From Octopus sinensis (Eukaryota): a stretch of 64,000 bases of DNA. The translations under genes were made by a program, and so were the position numbers. The DNA lies in contig NC_043016.1 of NCBI RefSeq assembly GCF_006345805.1, positions 11,346,001-11,410,000 on the forward strand. The letters are read 5' to 3'. This document shows positions 1 to 12,749 of the stretch, piece by piece; position 1 is the first letter of the stretch; every line of letters begins with the position of its first letter. The notes below the pieces were generated by a model. It made no database searches. It saw only the letters and a program-made list of their open reading frames with translations, and was not told the origin of the DNA.

Positions 1-61
1 CTTGTGGTTATATTATATATTATGATTCTGGTTATTATTATAATTTTATACTCTAGGCACA

Positions 62-250
62 AGGCCTGAAATTTTGGGGGAGCAGAAGATTAGAGCGACA
101 CCACTACGTAACTGGTACTTAATTTATTAACTCTGAAAGGATGAAAAACAAAGTCGACCTCGACGGAATTTGAATTCAGAACATAAAGAAAGACAAAATA
201 CCACCAGGCATTTTAACTGGCGTGCTCACATTTCTGCCAGCTCGCCGCCT
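62..250 (-). mobile_element. tRNA-derived SINE, family B (Meta-domain-like core), diverged copy
   Basis: Reverse complement of the family B head and core seen intact at 7394-7628 (ggatgaaa..caaagtcgacctcg.cggaatttgaa.tcag). Confidence 0.75.
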
Positions 251-267
251 CATCATCATTATAATAC

Positions 268-476
268 ATGAATGATGATGATGATGATGGTAATAATGAT
301 GATGGTGATTACAATGATGATGGTGATGATGATGATGATGATGACGATGATCATCCTCCTGTTGATGGTGGTGGTGATGGTGGTAGCGGCTGCGTTGGTG
401 ATGGTGGTGTGAAGGTAATGAGGAGGAGGAGGAGGATTATGATAACGATGATGATGATGATGATGATGATGATGAA
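268..476. repeat. (GAT)n/(GGT)n trinucleotide low-complexity tract
   Basis: Directly visible. The 70-aa poly-D/G/M ORF is only its translation. Confidence 0.95.
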
Positions 477-928
477 ATAAAAACCGTTCTTTTCCTTGCG
501 TATAATATTATTATTACACCACCACATCAATCACATCAGGCAACTCTATACTAATTTCTACCATCAAAGACACTCTATACAGTCACAGACATGCCTTACA
601 ATACCACAAAAATACGATTCTTCCCTCTATAGACACATATTATACTAACACAAATAAAAAAAAAAAAACAAAAAACAAAAAACAAATACTAACTAAATTT
701 TATACTGATACGGATATAATATATTGACTGGGGGCATATGGTTTCTGGATGTGTTAGGTGAGCCATACATCCCTACTAAAGATGGTACGCTCATCAGAAA
801 TATTAAACTCGTATTTTTTTTTATATATAACGTAAAAATGGTGCAGACTGTGGTTTTGTGGTTTAAGAAGTTAACTTTCCAATAAACCAACATTCAGCAT
901 TCAGGTTCAGTCCCACTGCATGGCACCT

Positions 929-1175
929 TACTCTTTTTCACTCTTTTACTTGTTTCAGTCATTTGACTGCGGCCATGCTGGAGCACCGCCTTTAGTTGAG
1001 CAACTCGACCCCGGGACTTATTCTTTTGTAAGCCCAGTACTTATTCTATCGGTCTCTTTTTGCCGAACCGCTAAGTGAACGGGACATAAACACACCAGAA
1101 TCGGTTGTCAAACAATGCTAGGGGGACAGACACAGACACACAAACACACACACATACACAATATATATATATATT
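929..1175 (-). mobile_element. SINE family A, 3' half
   Basis: ttacttgtttcagtcatttgactgcggccatgctggagcaccgcc... matches the reverse complement of the full copy at 56243-56663. Confidence 0.9.
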
Positions 1176-1479
1176 ATATATACATTTTAATCCAAACGGG
1201 AAACAAAAAAACAACAACAATGGAACATTACAGTATATTATTAATAGGCGCTCAGGAAAAGGAAAGCAGGGAGGTATGACGTTTCGAGCGGAGAGCTCTT
1301 CGTCGGAAACATAAAGAAGGAAGAGAGAGGAAAGAAAGATCCAGAGCGCGGGCAACAGGGAAAGAGAAAAAAGACGACTGGTGTTTACGAGTTGCACATG
1401 GTGAAAGGCGGATGTTTCGAAAACAGAGCAAAGTGGGTTTTTAAAGGCAAAAGAGTGGAGACAAAGGTAGGTAACGCAA

Positions 1480-4215
1480 CAGATGTGTGTGGTATGTGTG
1501 AGTGTGTGCGTGTGCGGTGTGTATGTGGGTGTTGTGTGAGGCGAGATGAAAAAACAAAAAAAATATTATGTGTGTGTTAGTGTGTGCGTCTGTGTGTAGG
1601 CGTGTGAGGTAGGGCGAGATAGTGGTCAGCTTAGCAGACAAAGTCAGTAGTAAGAAAAAGAAGGAAGGAGGAAGGGAGGGAGGGGAAGGGTGGGGGGCGT
1701 ATGTAGCGTGCCAGCGTGTGTTGAGTAGTAGGTGTGTGTGTTGTCCAGTGTCGTGGTGGTATAAATGGCGAGTATATTGAATGTGTGTAAGAGTAATGTA
1801 TATATTTAAGCAATGTGTGTATATGTGTGCGCGTGTGTGTAACGAAAAAGGGGGGGGGTGTAAGGAAAAAGGACTCCAGCTGAGGGGAAGGGGAGATGGA
1901 AGAGTGGTCCCGCGGAGGCGGGCGTGGGAAAACCCAACGACACGCGACGGTCCCAGGAACGGGCGGGAGGTCTTGTCGGTTCAAGAGCGAGGTGCCTGCG
2001 GAGCGTATGCGTACGCGAACCGGCGCAAGCGCGTGCGTGCGCGAGCCTGCGAGTATGTGCGTAAGTATGTATGTGTGTGGATGTGTGAGTGTGTCTGTGT
2101 GTATGTCCGGGTGGCAGTGTGTCCGATGAATGTATGTGAGTATGTGTGTATGTATGTGTGTGCATAGATGTATGTCCGTGTGTGTGTGGTGTGTATGTGT
2201 GGAGTGTGTATGTATGTACGTGTGGGTGTGGGGAAGTGTGTGTATGTGCAGTGTGTGCGCGTACATACAGGTGTGTGAGTGAGTGTGTGTGTGTGTATGT
2301 ATGTGTGAGTGTGTATGTATGTGGTGTAGGATGCATGTATGTGTATGGGTGTATGTATGCGTGTGTGTATGTATGTATGTGCACGTGCGTGTGTGTGTGT
2401 GTAGGCGTGTAGGTGTGCGCGTGTGCATGCATGCATGCACGCATGTGCGTATGTGTGTGTGTGTGTGTATGTGTGTGGGTATATATGTATGTGCGTATAT
2501 GTGTGTGTGTGCGTACATGTGTGTGTGTGTGTATGCATGTGTGTGTATGTAGGTGTGTAGGCGTGTGTGTATAGGTGTATGTATGTAAGTATGTATGGGT
2601 GTGTCCGTGTATGTGTGTGTATGTATGTGTGTGTATGTAGTGTGTGGGCGTGTGTGTATATGTGTGTGTATGTATGTAGGGTGTGGGCATGTGTATATAG
2701 GTGTATGTGTGTATGTCTGGGTGTGTCCGTGCATGTTTGTGTGTGTGTGTGTATGCATGTTGTATGTAGGTGTGTGTGTACGTGTGTAATGTATGTGTGT
2801 ATGCGTGCGTGTGTGTATGTAGGGTGCGTGTGTATGTGTGTGGGAGTGTAGGTGTGTGTGGCGTGTGCGTGTGCGTGTTTATGTTGGTGTGTGCGTATGT
2901 GAGTGTGAGTGTATGGGTGTTGTCATGCATGTGTGTGCGCGTGCAGGTGAGTGTGTGTGTGTAAGTATGTGTGTGTATGTTTGTGTGAGTGTGTATGTGT
3001 GTATGTCGGTGTGTATGTATGTGCGTATAGGAGTATGTGGGTATGTGTGTGTGTATGTATATGGGTGTATGTATGTATGTGTGTGTGTGTGCATGTGTAT
3101 AAGTATATGTGTGTGTGCGTATGTGTGTATATGTGTATGTGTGTGTGTTTATGTATGTGTGTATGTATGTGTGAGGCGTGTGTGTGTAGATGTATGTATG
3201 TATGGGTGTGTGTCCGTGGTGTTTGTGTGTGTGGTAGGTAGATGTGTGTGTCTGAGTGAGGGTATGGCTGTGTAGGTGTGTGTGTGTATGAATGTAAGTG
3301 TGTGTGTTATACGTGAGTGTAATGTAGTAGTAGTGTGTGTGTGTACGTGTGCGTGTGTATGTGTGGTGTGTGTATGCGTGTGAGTGTGAGTGTATGGGTG
3401 TATGTCTGTGTGGTGTATGTCTAAAGTAGGTATGTATGTGTATGTATGTAGGTGTGTGTGTGTTGTGTGCAGGTATGTGTGTGTATGTGTGTGTGTGAGT
3501 AGGTGTGCGTGTATGTATGTGGGTAGGGAGCATGCGAGTGTTGGGGTATGTATGCATACATACGCACGCGCACATCCGAAGCAAGCCCACACACACGAAG
3601 CGCGCCCACGCACACAAACGCACAAGCAGTACAACGCAAGCCCAAGGGGCCGACCAAGCCCCAGCGCGCGCAAAGGGCGCGCGAGCGCAAAGGCCCTCGA
3701 ACGCCCCGCTACGCGGGAACCGAGGATCCATCAGCCAAACCCGGAAAGCAGAAAAGAGGGGGGGCTGCCTGGATGCAAAAAGGTGTATGTGTGTGTGCAT
3801 TCAGTGTGAGGGTGTGCATGTGTAGGTATGTATGTATGTATGTGCCTACATGTATGTTTGCATGTGTGTGTGTGAAGTATGTACGTGCGGTGTGTGTGTG
3901 TGAGTGTGTGTGTATGTATGTGCGTATGTATGTGTGTATGTATGTCTGTATGTATGTGTGTGCGTATGTATGTATGTGTGTGTGTATGTGCATGTTGGTT
4001 TGTATGTTAGTGTGTGTTAGTATGTCTGTAAGTGTGTGTGATTAAATGTGTGAATGTATGTACGTAGATGGGTCTACGTATGTGTGTGTGTGAACAGGCG
4101 TGTGGGAGGTAGGTGGGTGGGTGGGTGTGGGAGGTAGGTGGGTGGGTGGGTGTGGGAGGTAGGTGGGTGGGTGTGTGCGTGTGGGAGGTAGGTGGGTGGG
4201 TGTGTGTGGGTGGTG
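1480..4215. repeat. Very long degenerate (TG)n/(TATG)n tract with two GC-rich interruptions
   Basis: Directly visible. It is the source of the H/T/Y and C/V/M ORFs up to 664 aa. Confidence 0.9.
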
Positions 4216-4238
4216 TGTCCACAAAAAAAAAAAAACAT

Positions 4239-4405
4239 ATATACGACAGGCTTCTTTCAGTTTCCGTCTACCAAATCCACTCACAAGGCTTTGGTCGGCC
4301 CGAGGCTATAGTAGAAGACACTTGCCCAAGGTGCCACGCAGTGGGACTGAACCCGGAACCATGTGGTTGGTAGGCAAGCTACTTACCACACAGCCACTCC
4401 TGCAC
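4239..4405 (-). mobile_element. SINE family A, 5' head
   Basis: Reverse complement of ggctgtgtggtaagtagcttgc...gggttcagtcccactgcgtggcaccttgggcaagtgtctt. Confidence 0.9.
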
Positions 4406-5082
4406 CTTGGGGAAGTTTTTTTTTTTCTGGGTCATCCAAGATCCTTAAGGGAGGATCTGGTAGATGGAAAGTAAAAGAAGCCAGTTGTGCATGTGTGTGT
4501 GTGTGTGTGCGTGTATGTGTGTGTGTGTGTGTGTGTGTATGCATGCATGTGTGGGTATGGTTGTAAAGTTTGCTATCCGACCACGTCGTCTTTGGTTCAG
4601 TCCCACTGCATGGCACCTTGGCCAAATGTTTTCTAATATAGCACTGGGCCAACTAAAGCCTTGTGTGTGGATCTGGTAAATGAAAATTGAAAGGATAGCC
4701 CTGTAAATCTATCTGTCTACCTCTCTCTTTATATATATATATGCTAGCATGGAGAACGGACGTTAAACGACGATGATGATGATATATTATTATATATTAT
4801 ATATATATATATATATATAATATATATATAATATATGTTGTTGCCTGTACCATGTGAAAAGCACACATGAATTGTAGTCAAGGTCATTGCCAGTGTCATG
4901 TAAATGACGACCATGCTGGAGTGATTGTATTAGAAGGCCATCCAGCCATCCAGCCATAGAAACCATGCCAAATCAGACTGGAACCTGGTGCAGTTCTCTG
5001 GTTTACCAGTTCCAGTCAAACTGTCCAACCCATGCCAGCATGGACAATGGATATTAAATGACGATGATGACATATATATATA

Positions 5083-5465
5083 TCTCTCTCTATATAAACG
5101 GCAGTTTGTCTGTGCGTGTTTCTGTGTGTCTGTTTTCTTGTACTCTCACCCTGACCACGGCTTTCAACCGATTCTGATGAAACTTGACACACACATAGCC
5201 CAATGTCATAATTCAAAACTAACGCAGTGAAAATTTTGAAAAGTTCCCCCAGTTCTGAAAAAAATCGATAAATTCGACATGGGGTCGAGAATCAGAAACA
5301 CAAACCGTAAACTGTCTAGGGGACGCAACTCCACCTTTTTTAACTAAAAAAAAAATTTACCATCATTTTTTTCCATCTTTTTGCTGTTTTTTGGCTATAA
5401 CTCTCTAAAAATGCTTTATAGTTATTTCCCTTACAAACCTGAGCAACGCCGGGCGATACTGCTAG
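5083..5465 (+). mobile_element. Non-autonomous Helitron
   Basis: Begins A|TC and ends CTAG|T. Subterminal GC-rich hairpin cctgagcaacgccggg lies just before the 3' end. The 3' end is shared with 25174-25575. Confidence 0.8.
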
Positions 5466-6342
5466 TATATATATATATATATATTATGTGAAATAGAAAG
5501 ATGAATAATCTTGTAGTAGATTAATCAAAAGTTTAACCGATACCTTAGTAGCAAAAATCACAGCAGTAAACAGTGCAACCTTTGTGTCTCCGAACTCTTC
5601 CATATTTTGTTTGCCAGAGGCCGGATGGTAAACGGGCTCTTACAGTCGGCTTTTCGATGCCCCCATTGGCGGCGTTACACTTATCTGGCCTTTAAATAGC
5701 GTTTATAATAATACCGGCACCCATAGCCCTTGGTAACAAATTCTGAAATAGCCTTTAAGATATCTACGATTAACCACTGCAAGGGGAATTACTCCTGTAA
5801 GACAAACGGGGCTTGGTTTTCTCCCAGCGGGGGGTTTCCTTGACAAGGCAGGCTTAGATGAACACACACACACATAAAACATAATATATATATATTTTTT
5901 TTATTTTTTTCTTTCTGCCACCCAACGGTTATCACGGCAGTAGCCACTGACAGCCGAACGATCAAACGCACACACGTACACAAAAAATGTTTTTCTACCC
6001 CTACGCCAACACACACATATATATAGAACAGTATACACACACACACGTCTCTAAGTAGATTTTTTCTCGCCCCTTATAAAACATCCAATATTCCTTAAAT
6101 AGTCAGAACTTTATTCTCGGTCACAAAGAACATCTATACACCCTCACCCACATGATTGACCGAAGCCTGACCCGTTGAATTCTTCAGCCACCGGTTCTCA
6201 ACATACACTGATAAACAGTTTCGCCATGGGCTCTTAGGAGCACAGTTCGATTTGTTTTTGCTCCGCCTCTGTTCTGTTTTGTTTTTTCCAACGGATTTCC
6301 TTTTTTCTTCCTGAAGAGAAAGACACAATATGGTCCCATTAT

Positions 6343-6760
6343 TCAATCGGATTTTGGTAATTTGTGCCTTTCGAAACACGTGTAGAATGAAATAAAACGA
6401 TTTCTGTTCAATCTGCGTTCAGCTCCATTTCTTCAATTCACCAATAATGTTTTATATATATATATATATATATAATTTGTGTGAAATAGAAAGATGAATA
6501 AACTTGTAGCAGATTAATCAAAAGTTTAACCGATACCTTGGTAGCAAAAATCACAGCAGAAGACAGCACGGTTGGAGGTACAACCATCTGGCGTTGCAAC
6601 CGTGCGTTGGTGCGGATAATTGAAATTAAAATATTATTGGTGAATTGAAGAAATGGAGCTGAACGCAGATTGAACAGAAATCGTTTTATTTCATTCTACA
6701 CGTGTTTCGAAAGGCACAATTTACCAAAATCCGATTCAATCGGATTTTGGTAAATTGTGG
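6343..6760. repeat. Local foldback: ~105-bp inverted arms 6343-6448 / 6633-6736 plus a terminal hairpin
   Basis: The arms are reverse complements with about one mismatch. Hairpin aatttaccaaaatccgat-tca-atcggattttggtaaatt at the right end. Confidence 0.9.
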
Positions 6761-6914
6761 TGCCCCAGCATTTTGGTAAATGGTGGTGCCCCAGCATGGC
6801 CACAGCTCAAGAGCTGAAACCGGAAAACATATATATATATACACATATATATATATATATATAATATATATATATTAATTTATGTATGTATGTATTATGT
6901 ATGTATGTTTGTTC

Positions 6915-7275
6915 TTTTACTTATTTCAGTCATTTGACTGTGACTGTACTGGAACACAACCTTGAAGGATTTTAGTCAAACAAATTGACCCCAAGACTTA
7001 TTTAAGCTTAGTACTTATTCTATCAGTCTCTTTGCCAAACCACTAAGTTACAGGTATATAAACACACCAACACTGGTTGTCAACTGGTGATGGGGGGGGG
7101 GGGGAACAAATACAGACACAACGACACACACATAGATACATATGACGGGCTTCTTTCAGTTTCACTCTAACAAATCCACTCACAAGGCTTTCGTCGGCCC
7201 AAGGTGCTATGCAGTGGGACTGAACTTGGAACCATGTGTTTAGGAAGCCAGCTTCTTACCACACAGCCACACCTG
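6915..7275 (-). mobile_element. SINE family A, diverged near-full copy
   Basis: Tail, body and head match the family A sequence in reverse. Confidence 0.8.
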
Positions 7276-7393
7276 GGACATAACTCTTAACTCAATTCCC
7301 TACTCATTTCATTATCTTTTTCACAGCAACTGCAATCTGGATCTGTCTATTTACCTCCAATAAAAGAGAGCAGTCGCTATATTTCATTCCACA

Positions 7394-7628
7394 GAAGGCG
7401 GCGAGCTAGCAGAAACGTTAGCACGCCGGGCGAAATGCGTAGTCGTATTTCGTCTACCGTTACGTTCCGAGTTCAAATTCCGCCGAGGTTGACTTTGCCT
7501 TTCATCCTTTCGGGGTCGATAAATTAAGTACCAGTTACGCTCTGGGGTCGATATAATTGACTTAAATTCGTTTGTCTGTCCTTGTTTGTCCCCTCTATGT
7601 TTATCCCCTTGTGGGTAGTAAAGAAATA
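7394..7628 (+). mobile_element. tRNA-derived SINE family B, full length with 16-bp target-site duplication
   Basis: B-box-like gagttcaaattcc and core ggttgactttgcctttcatcctttcggggtcgataaattaagtacc. TSD tatatttcattccaca at 7378-7393 and 7629-7644. Confidence 0.9.
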
Positions 7629-7649
7629 TATATTTCATTCCACATTGGC

Positions 7650-8562
7650 TACCTCTGATACATATCTATGTAGGTAGGTGGCCCTGCTCAATCTGTAGAA
7701 AAGGGGTAGGTAGAAACTCCATAAAATGTACCGGTGTAAGCTATGGACACATAAGAGGTGCAGCAATATCAAAGGAAAATTAACCGAGAAGATAGCTTTC
7801 TTGTGCAGCAGATGCACAGGGGCAATAGACACCACAGATACTCAGAAAACAGATTCCATCACACTCCAGGGGCAGAAACTAGAAGTAGTTGATAGTTTCC
7901 GCTACCTAGGTGACCAAGTTAGTAGTAGGGGTCGATGCTCAGAGAGTGTCACCACTAGAATATGAATAGCCTGGGCAAAGTTTAGAAAGCTTCTACCTCT
8001 ACTGGTGACAAAGGGTCTCTCTCTCAGGTTGAAAAGTAGATTGTACGATGCATGTGTGCGAACTGCCATGCTTCATGGTAGTGAAACATGGGCTGTGACT
8101 GCAGAGGACATGAGTAGGCTTGAAAGAAATGAAGCTAGCATGATCCGCTGGATGTATAATGTCAGTGTGACCTGCTGTGCTTGAGGAGACCTATTGAGTC
8201 AAATACATCAACATCAAAATAAATATCAAAAGGAAATTGTAGTTGTGTTACCTGTGACAGTGGCACGTAAAAAGCACCATCCGAACTTGGCCAATGCCAG
8301 AACCACCTTGGCTGGCTTCCATGCTGGTGGCATGTAAAAAGCACCAACCGATCATGGATGCTGCTAGCCTCCCCTGGCACCTGTGTCATGAAAAAGCACC
8401 CACTACACTCACGGAGTGGTTGGCATTAGGAAGGGCATCCAGCTGTAGAAACACTGCCAGATCAGACTGGAGCCTAGTGCAGCCCCTGGCTTCCCAGACT
8501 CTGGTCAAACCATCCACACGTGCTAGCATGGAAAGCGGACGTTAAACAATGATGATGATGAT
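7650..8562 (+). mobile_element. RTE-type LINE, 5'-truncated decayed 3' end with (GAT)n tail
   Basis: Translates to CKLWTHKRCSNIKGKL...VVDSFRYLGDQVS...RLYDACVRTAMLHGSETWAVT. Followed by a 3'UTR containing aagggcatccagctgtag and a gatgatgat tail. Confidence 0.9.
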
Positions 8563-8572
8563 GTATATATAT

Positions 8573-8603
<31 letters not shown>

Positions 8604-8604
8604 A

Positions 8605-8640
<36 letters not shown>

Positions 8641-8655
8641 TGTATGTAGTATGTA

Positions 8656-8718
<63 letters not shown>

Positions 8719-10288
8719 GTATGTATGTATGTATGTGTATATATATATATAATATATATATAGATATAGATAGATATGTGTGTGTTGTGTGTGTATAATA
8801 TATATGTGTACACACAAAGTATAGGGTTTAGTTCACAGGATATCTAAACGATTAGGTACGCTAGGTAAATGCTGTAACGGATTACTGGGGCTCCAAGGTA
8901 ATAGCCGAGACGGTAGTTACGGAGCCATTACAGATATCCGATGCAGCAGATATATAATTGTTAAACAGGACATGAAACATTAAGGCAAGGAAAATACCTC
9001 AAGTCATATACATTATTATTATAGAGAGAAATTTAAAAAATCTTGCTTGTACATAAATATTATAATCTGACAGTGAATATAAACAAATGGATGTTTAGAC
9101 ATAAAAAATATATTTATAGCTATCATTTGGTTAATGAGAGAGAGAGAGAGAGAGAGAGGAGTGAAAAAGACAGACTAAAATAGAAGATACTGGATGGAGG
9201 TGGGAGAGGTGGGGTATAGTGGGGGGCAAGGCAGATTTCTATCCTTTTTAGGGTTCTTAAAGGTTTTAATTTTCTTTAATTTTTTTTATAAACTTTTTTA
9301 TTTTTTATTTTAAAATATTTTTTTATTGGTTTTAGTCATCAGGTTGTGGCCCTGCTGGAGCAAAAGTTTTGAGGTTTAATCGTTAGTTGTTCGTATTGAT
9401 GTTCCCCACCCTCCACCTCTCAGCATTCATTTCATTCCGGTGGTACCTTTATTGATTTCTCTTTGCTGAACTGTTCAGTCTACTAAACTGAAACTGTGAC
9501 TACCCCTTCAATGAAGTGGTACCTCAGCACAACCATTAAAGATTCAGTCAAACAAACCAACCCCATAGTTTTTTTTTAGTATTTACTCCGTCAGTCTCTT
9601 TTTGCTGAATTGCTAAGTTACAGGGACATATACAAACCAACACCAGTTGTTGGGGGCAAACACACACACACACACATACTGGCTTAAAAGCCCCCTTTAT
9701 CGGGCGACTTTTAAGCTAGTTCCTGTGGCAGGCTTTTTCATTGGGCTTTGGGTCCAACAATATACTCATACATTTAGTACATATCAAATTTTATTAAACT
9801 TGACCAATATTTTTCAAGCAATGAACAATTTTCATCAAAACAATTATATAATTTGTTGACTTGGAACTTATTGCAAAGCTTCATGATAAACAACATTTTT
9901 TGTCTTTCCATTCCGGGAAGTGAGGAGTACATTTTTTTTCTGTCTAATCTCTTCTTTCTATTGATTGTTTTCAACCATCACCAGTACCACCACCATCACC
10001 ACCAAAACTGCCATACACACACCATTCAGACTTCTGACGCCACCAGCATCAGCACCTTTGACTTCGCCACCTTCCCCTCCATCACTACCACCACTGTCTT
10101 TCACATCCCTTACTATCACCGTCATGCTTGACCGCCTCAGCTACCATCGCTTCTATCACACACTGGGGTCGATTTCTTCAACTAAAGGTGGTGCTCCTGC
10201 ATGGCCGCAGTCAGATGACTAAAACAAATAAAAGAATAAAAGAATTACATCTGACAGAATATTTGAATGCTAAGAGTGTCACCCATAC

Positions 10289-10528
10289 TATTCGGTTGGT
10301 GCATAATTATTGTGGTTTTTTTCTCAACAAATTTTATTCAACAAAAACAATAACAACATTTAAATGATTATTCCGGAGCATATTCACCATCCACTTCAAT
10401 TACTGCTTCCCATTTGCTTGGCAGATGGTCAGACCATCATTTAGAGATGTTTTTGTTAAATATTGCTGTTGTTTTTGTTGAATAAAATTTTCTGTAAAAA
10501 AACCTGCAATAATTATGCACCAACCAAA
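10289..10528. mobile_element. Mariner-derived MITE (counterpart at ~42828-43073)
   Basis: TIRs ggttggtgcataattattg / caataattatgcaccaacc. Internal minus-strand remnant of a mariner C-terminus, HLPSKWEAVIEVDGEYAPE*. Confidence 0.8.
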
Positions 10529-11460
10529 AAAATTTATGCTATGAATTCTTCCCTTTTCAAGTTGGTAGGTTTTGATTTGAAGGAGATTTTGCTTCTGTTT
10601 CTAGCAGGTAAAGCAATGTTATAGAGGCTTCCTCTGAATTGCTGAGTGGATAAGGTACTGAGCAGTTTCAAGGTGAAAAGGCATTTTGTGTGTTTGTGTG
10701 TGTGTGTATTAATGTATGTGTGTATGGAAGTTTGTATGCATGTATGTGTATATGTAGTTTTTATGCATGTATGTGTGTGCATGTGTGTGTCTGTATGTTT
10801 ACACATGCAAGTATGTGTATATGGGCGTTTGTGTGTGTGTGTGTATGCATGCATGCTTGTTTGTACTTATGTATGTAGCTATGTACATGTGTATGTTTGT
10901 ATGTATGTATTTATGTATGTGTATGCATGCATGTATCTGTATGTATAGATGGATGTCTGTATGTATGTGTGTGTATATTTGTATGTATGTATGCATGTAC
11001 GTAGATACGTATGTATTAGTGTGTGCATATGTGTATGTATATTTGTATGTATGTATGTATCTGTATGTTCTCATGTATCACTGACTGTCTATGTATGTAT
11101 TTGTCTGTCTCTCTATATGTGTGTGTGTGTATGGACAGTAACACACTTTATTCTTACTCATTTCGGTTTGCCTATCAGGAACCGGTTCCACATCTTCCAA
11201 GAATATCATTTATAATATACACACACCCCAAGAGAATATCATCTCTTACCCACTCAATACCCAGTAAATCAATGTTATGCTCTTAACCTTTATGATCTCT
11301 TTGGGACATTCCAGATATTAAATATCCTGTTTATTGAAAAGATTTCCGTTTCTGTAGGATTTCTACAACATCGCTCCATGGTTACGAAGCCTGCTCCCCA
11401 AACATGTGGTATCAGTTTCAGCCCCACAGCACAGCACCTTGACCAAGAGTCTTCTGTAAT

Positions 11461-11627
11461 AACTAGTGTGGCTAGAGTGTGTGCTGCTTGGGGCGACCCT
11501 TCTCTTTGCCGCCCTTGGACCCCACAAAAAGCACATATTGCCTACAGCAGACCCGAAAGTCGTGCTCCTTTCAAAGTGTCACCCAGGGCGTACTACCTCT
11601 ACCACTCCCCACTAGCTATCCTAGTGG
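11461..11627. mobile_element. Unclassified ~160-bp MITE with (C)ACTAG...CTAGTG ends (4 copies: 11461, 12301, 39250, 41254)
   Basis: Imperfect TIR cactagcatagctag / ctagctatgctagtg and a shared internal sequence. Confidence 0.55.
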
Positions 11628-12476
11628 TTGACCCCAGTATTTCACTAGTGCAGTGGTTCCCAACATGTGGTCCATGTACTCCTGGTGGTCCATAAATGTA
11701 GTATTGGAGTCCATGAACTAAATTCAAAATTTCATATATACATCATCATCATCATCGTATAACATCTGTTTTCCATGCTGGCATGGGTTGGACGGTTCGA
11801 CTGGGGTCTGGGAAGCCAGGAGGCTGCACCAGGCCCCAATATGATCTGGCTCTATTCTACAACTGGATACCCTTCCTAATGTCAACCACTCTGAGAGTGT
11901 ACTGAGTGCTTTTTACATGCTATTGGCACAGGGACCAGAGGGGCTAGCATCGACCACAGTCTGATGGTGCTTTTTATGTGCCACTGACATGGAAGTCAGT
12001 CAAAGCAGCACTGGCATTTATATATATGTTTTGTGTGAGCGTGTATGTATGTAGACGTTATGAATGCAGGAGGTTTATGTCTATGTATTGTGAGAATATG
12101 GTTGCATGTATTTTTTATCTTTTATACTTTTCCTACCTATTAGAGTAAATTCCCTTTTATTCAATGATTTTTTTATGGTGTCTATTGTCATAATAGCTGA
12201 TGAGAATGCATCATAGCTCTTAACTCCGGCATTTGAGACTCTTAGTCCTATTATGACAACTTACTGATTGTCCTAAACTATACATACACACACACACATG
12301 CACACACTAGCATAGCTAGAGTGTGTTCCACCTAGGATGACCCTTCTGTTTGCCACCCCCAGATCCCACAAAGATTCAATTCCTATACGAGACCCAAAAG
12401 TGCCACCTGAGGTGAACCCCCTCCCCCGCTAGCTATGCTAATGTCTGTTATTGCCCTGTATAGACCATAAACTGCA

Positions 12477-12749
12477 CATATTTCTTTGCTTGCTTGTGAG
12501 GCATTTTTCCCTTTACGGAAAAAGAAAAGCATTAAGTACCAAAAATGAACTTTCTTATCTTCCATTTTAAAGGGTTACAGAATTAACACAGGTTATAGGA
12601 ACATAAACCTTCTTCCACGGAAAGATAGCTGAAACTGTGCTCTAAATGGAGGTGTAGTCAAATCCTTTTTTATGGACTCAACCATGTTCTAAAATAAGTT
12701 GAAAGGTAAGCTACTATAAATCGTAACGAACTTTCCAGACAACCCAATA
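12477..12749 (-). mobile_element. Mariner transposon 5' end (TIR plus N-terminal HTH), truncated
   Basis: TIR tattgggttgtctggaaagttcg abuts a TA run. ORF MEDKKVHFWYLMLFFFRKGKNASQASKEICAVYG resembles the Mos1-type N-terminal helix-turn-helix. Confidence 0.85.

Noticed and set aside
715-812. Hammerhead-like CTGATGA...GAAAC...GTC on the minus strand
   Set aside because: Stem I is plausible, but stems II and III do not pair canonically. Too weak without a family consensus.
1631-3800. Long His/Thr-rich ORFs (375 and 664 aa) and similar C/V/M/Y/I ORFs throughout
   Set aside because: These are translations of dinucleotide and tetranucleotide microsatellites, which lack stop codons in several frames.
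6310-6340. CTGAAGA-GAAA motif
   Set aside because: No stem II and no UH cleavage site in register.
6134-6379. 81-aa ORF as a gene
   Set aside because: It starts inside the foldback arm, has no recognisable domain, and the Kozak-like ATG in another frame stops after 9 codons.
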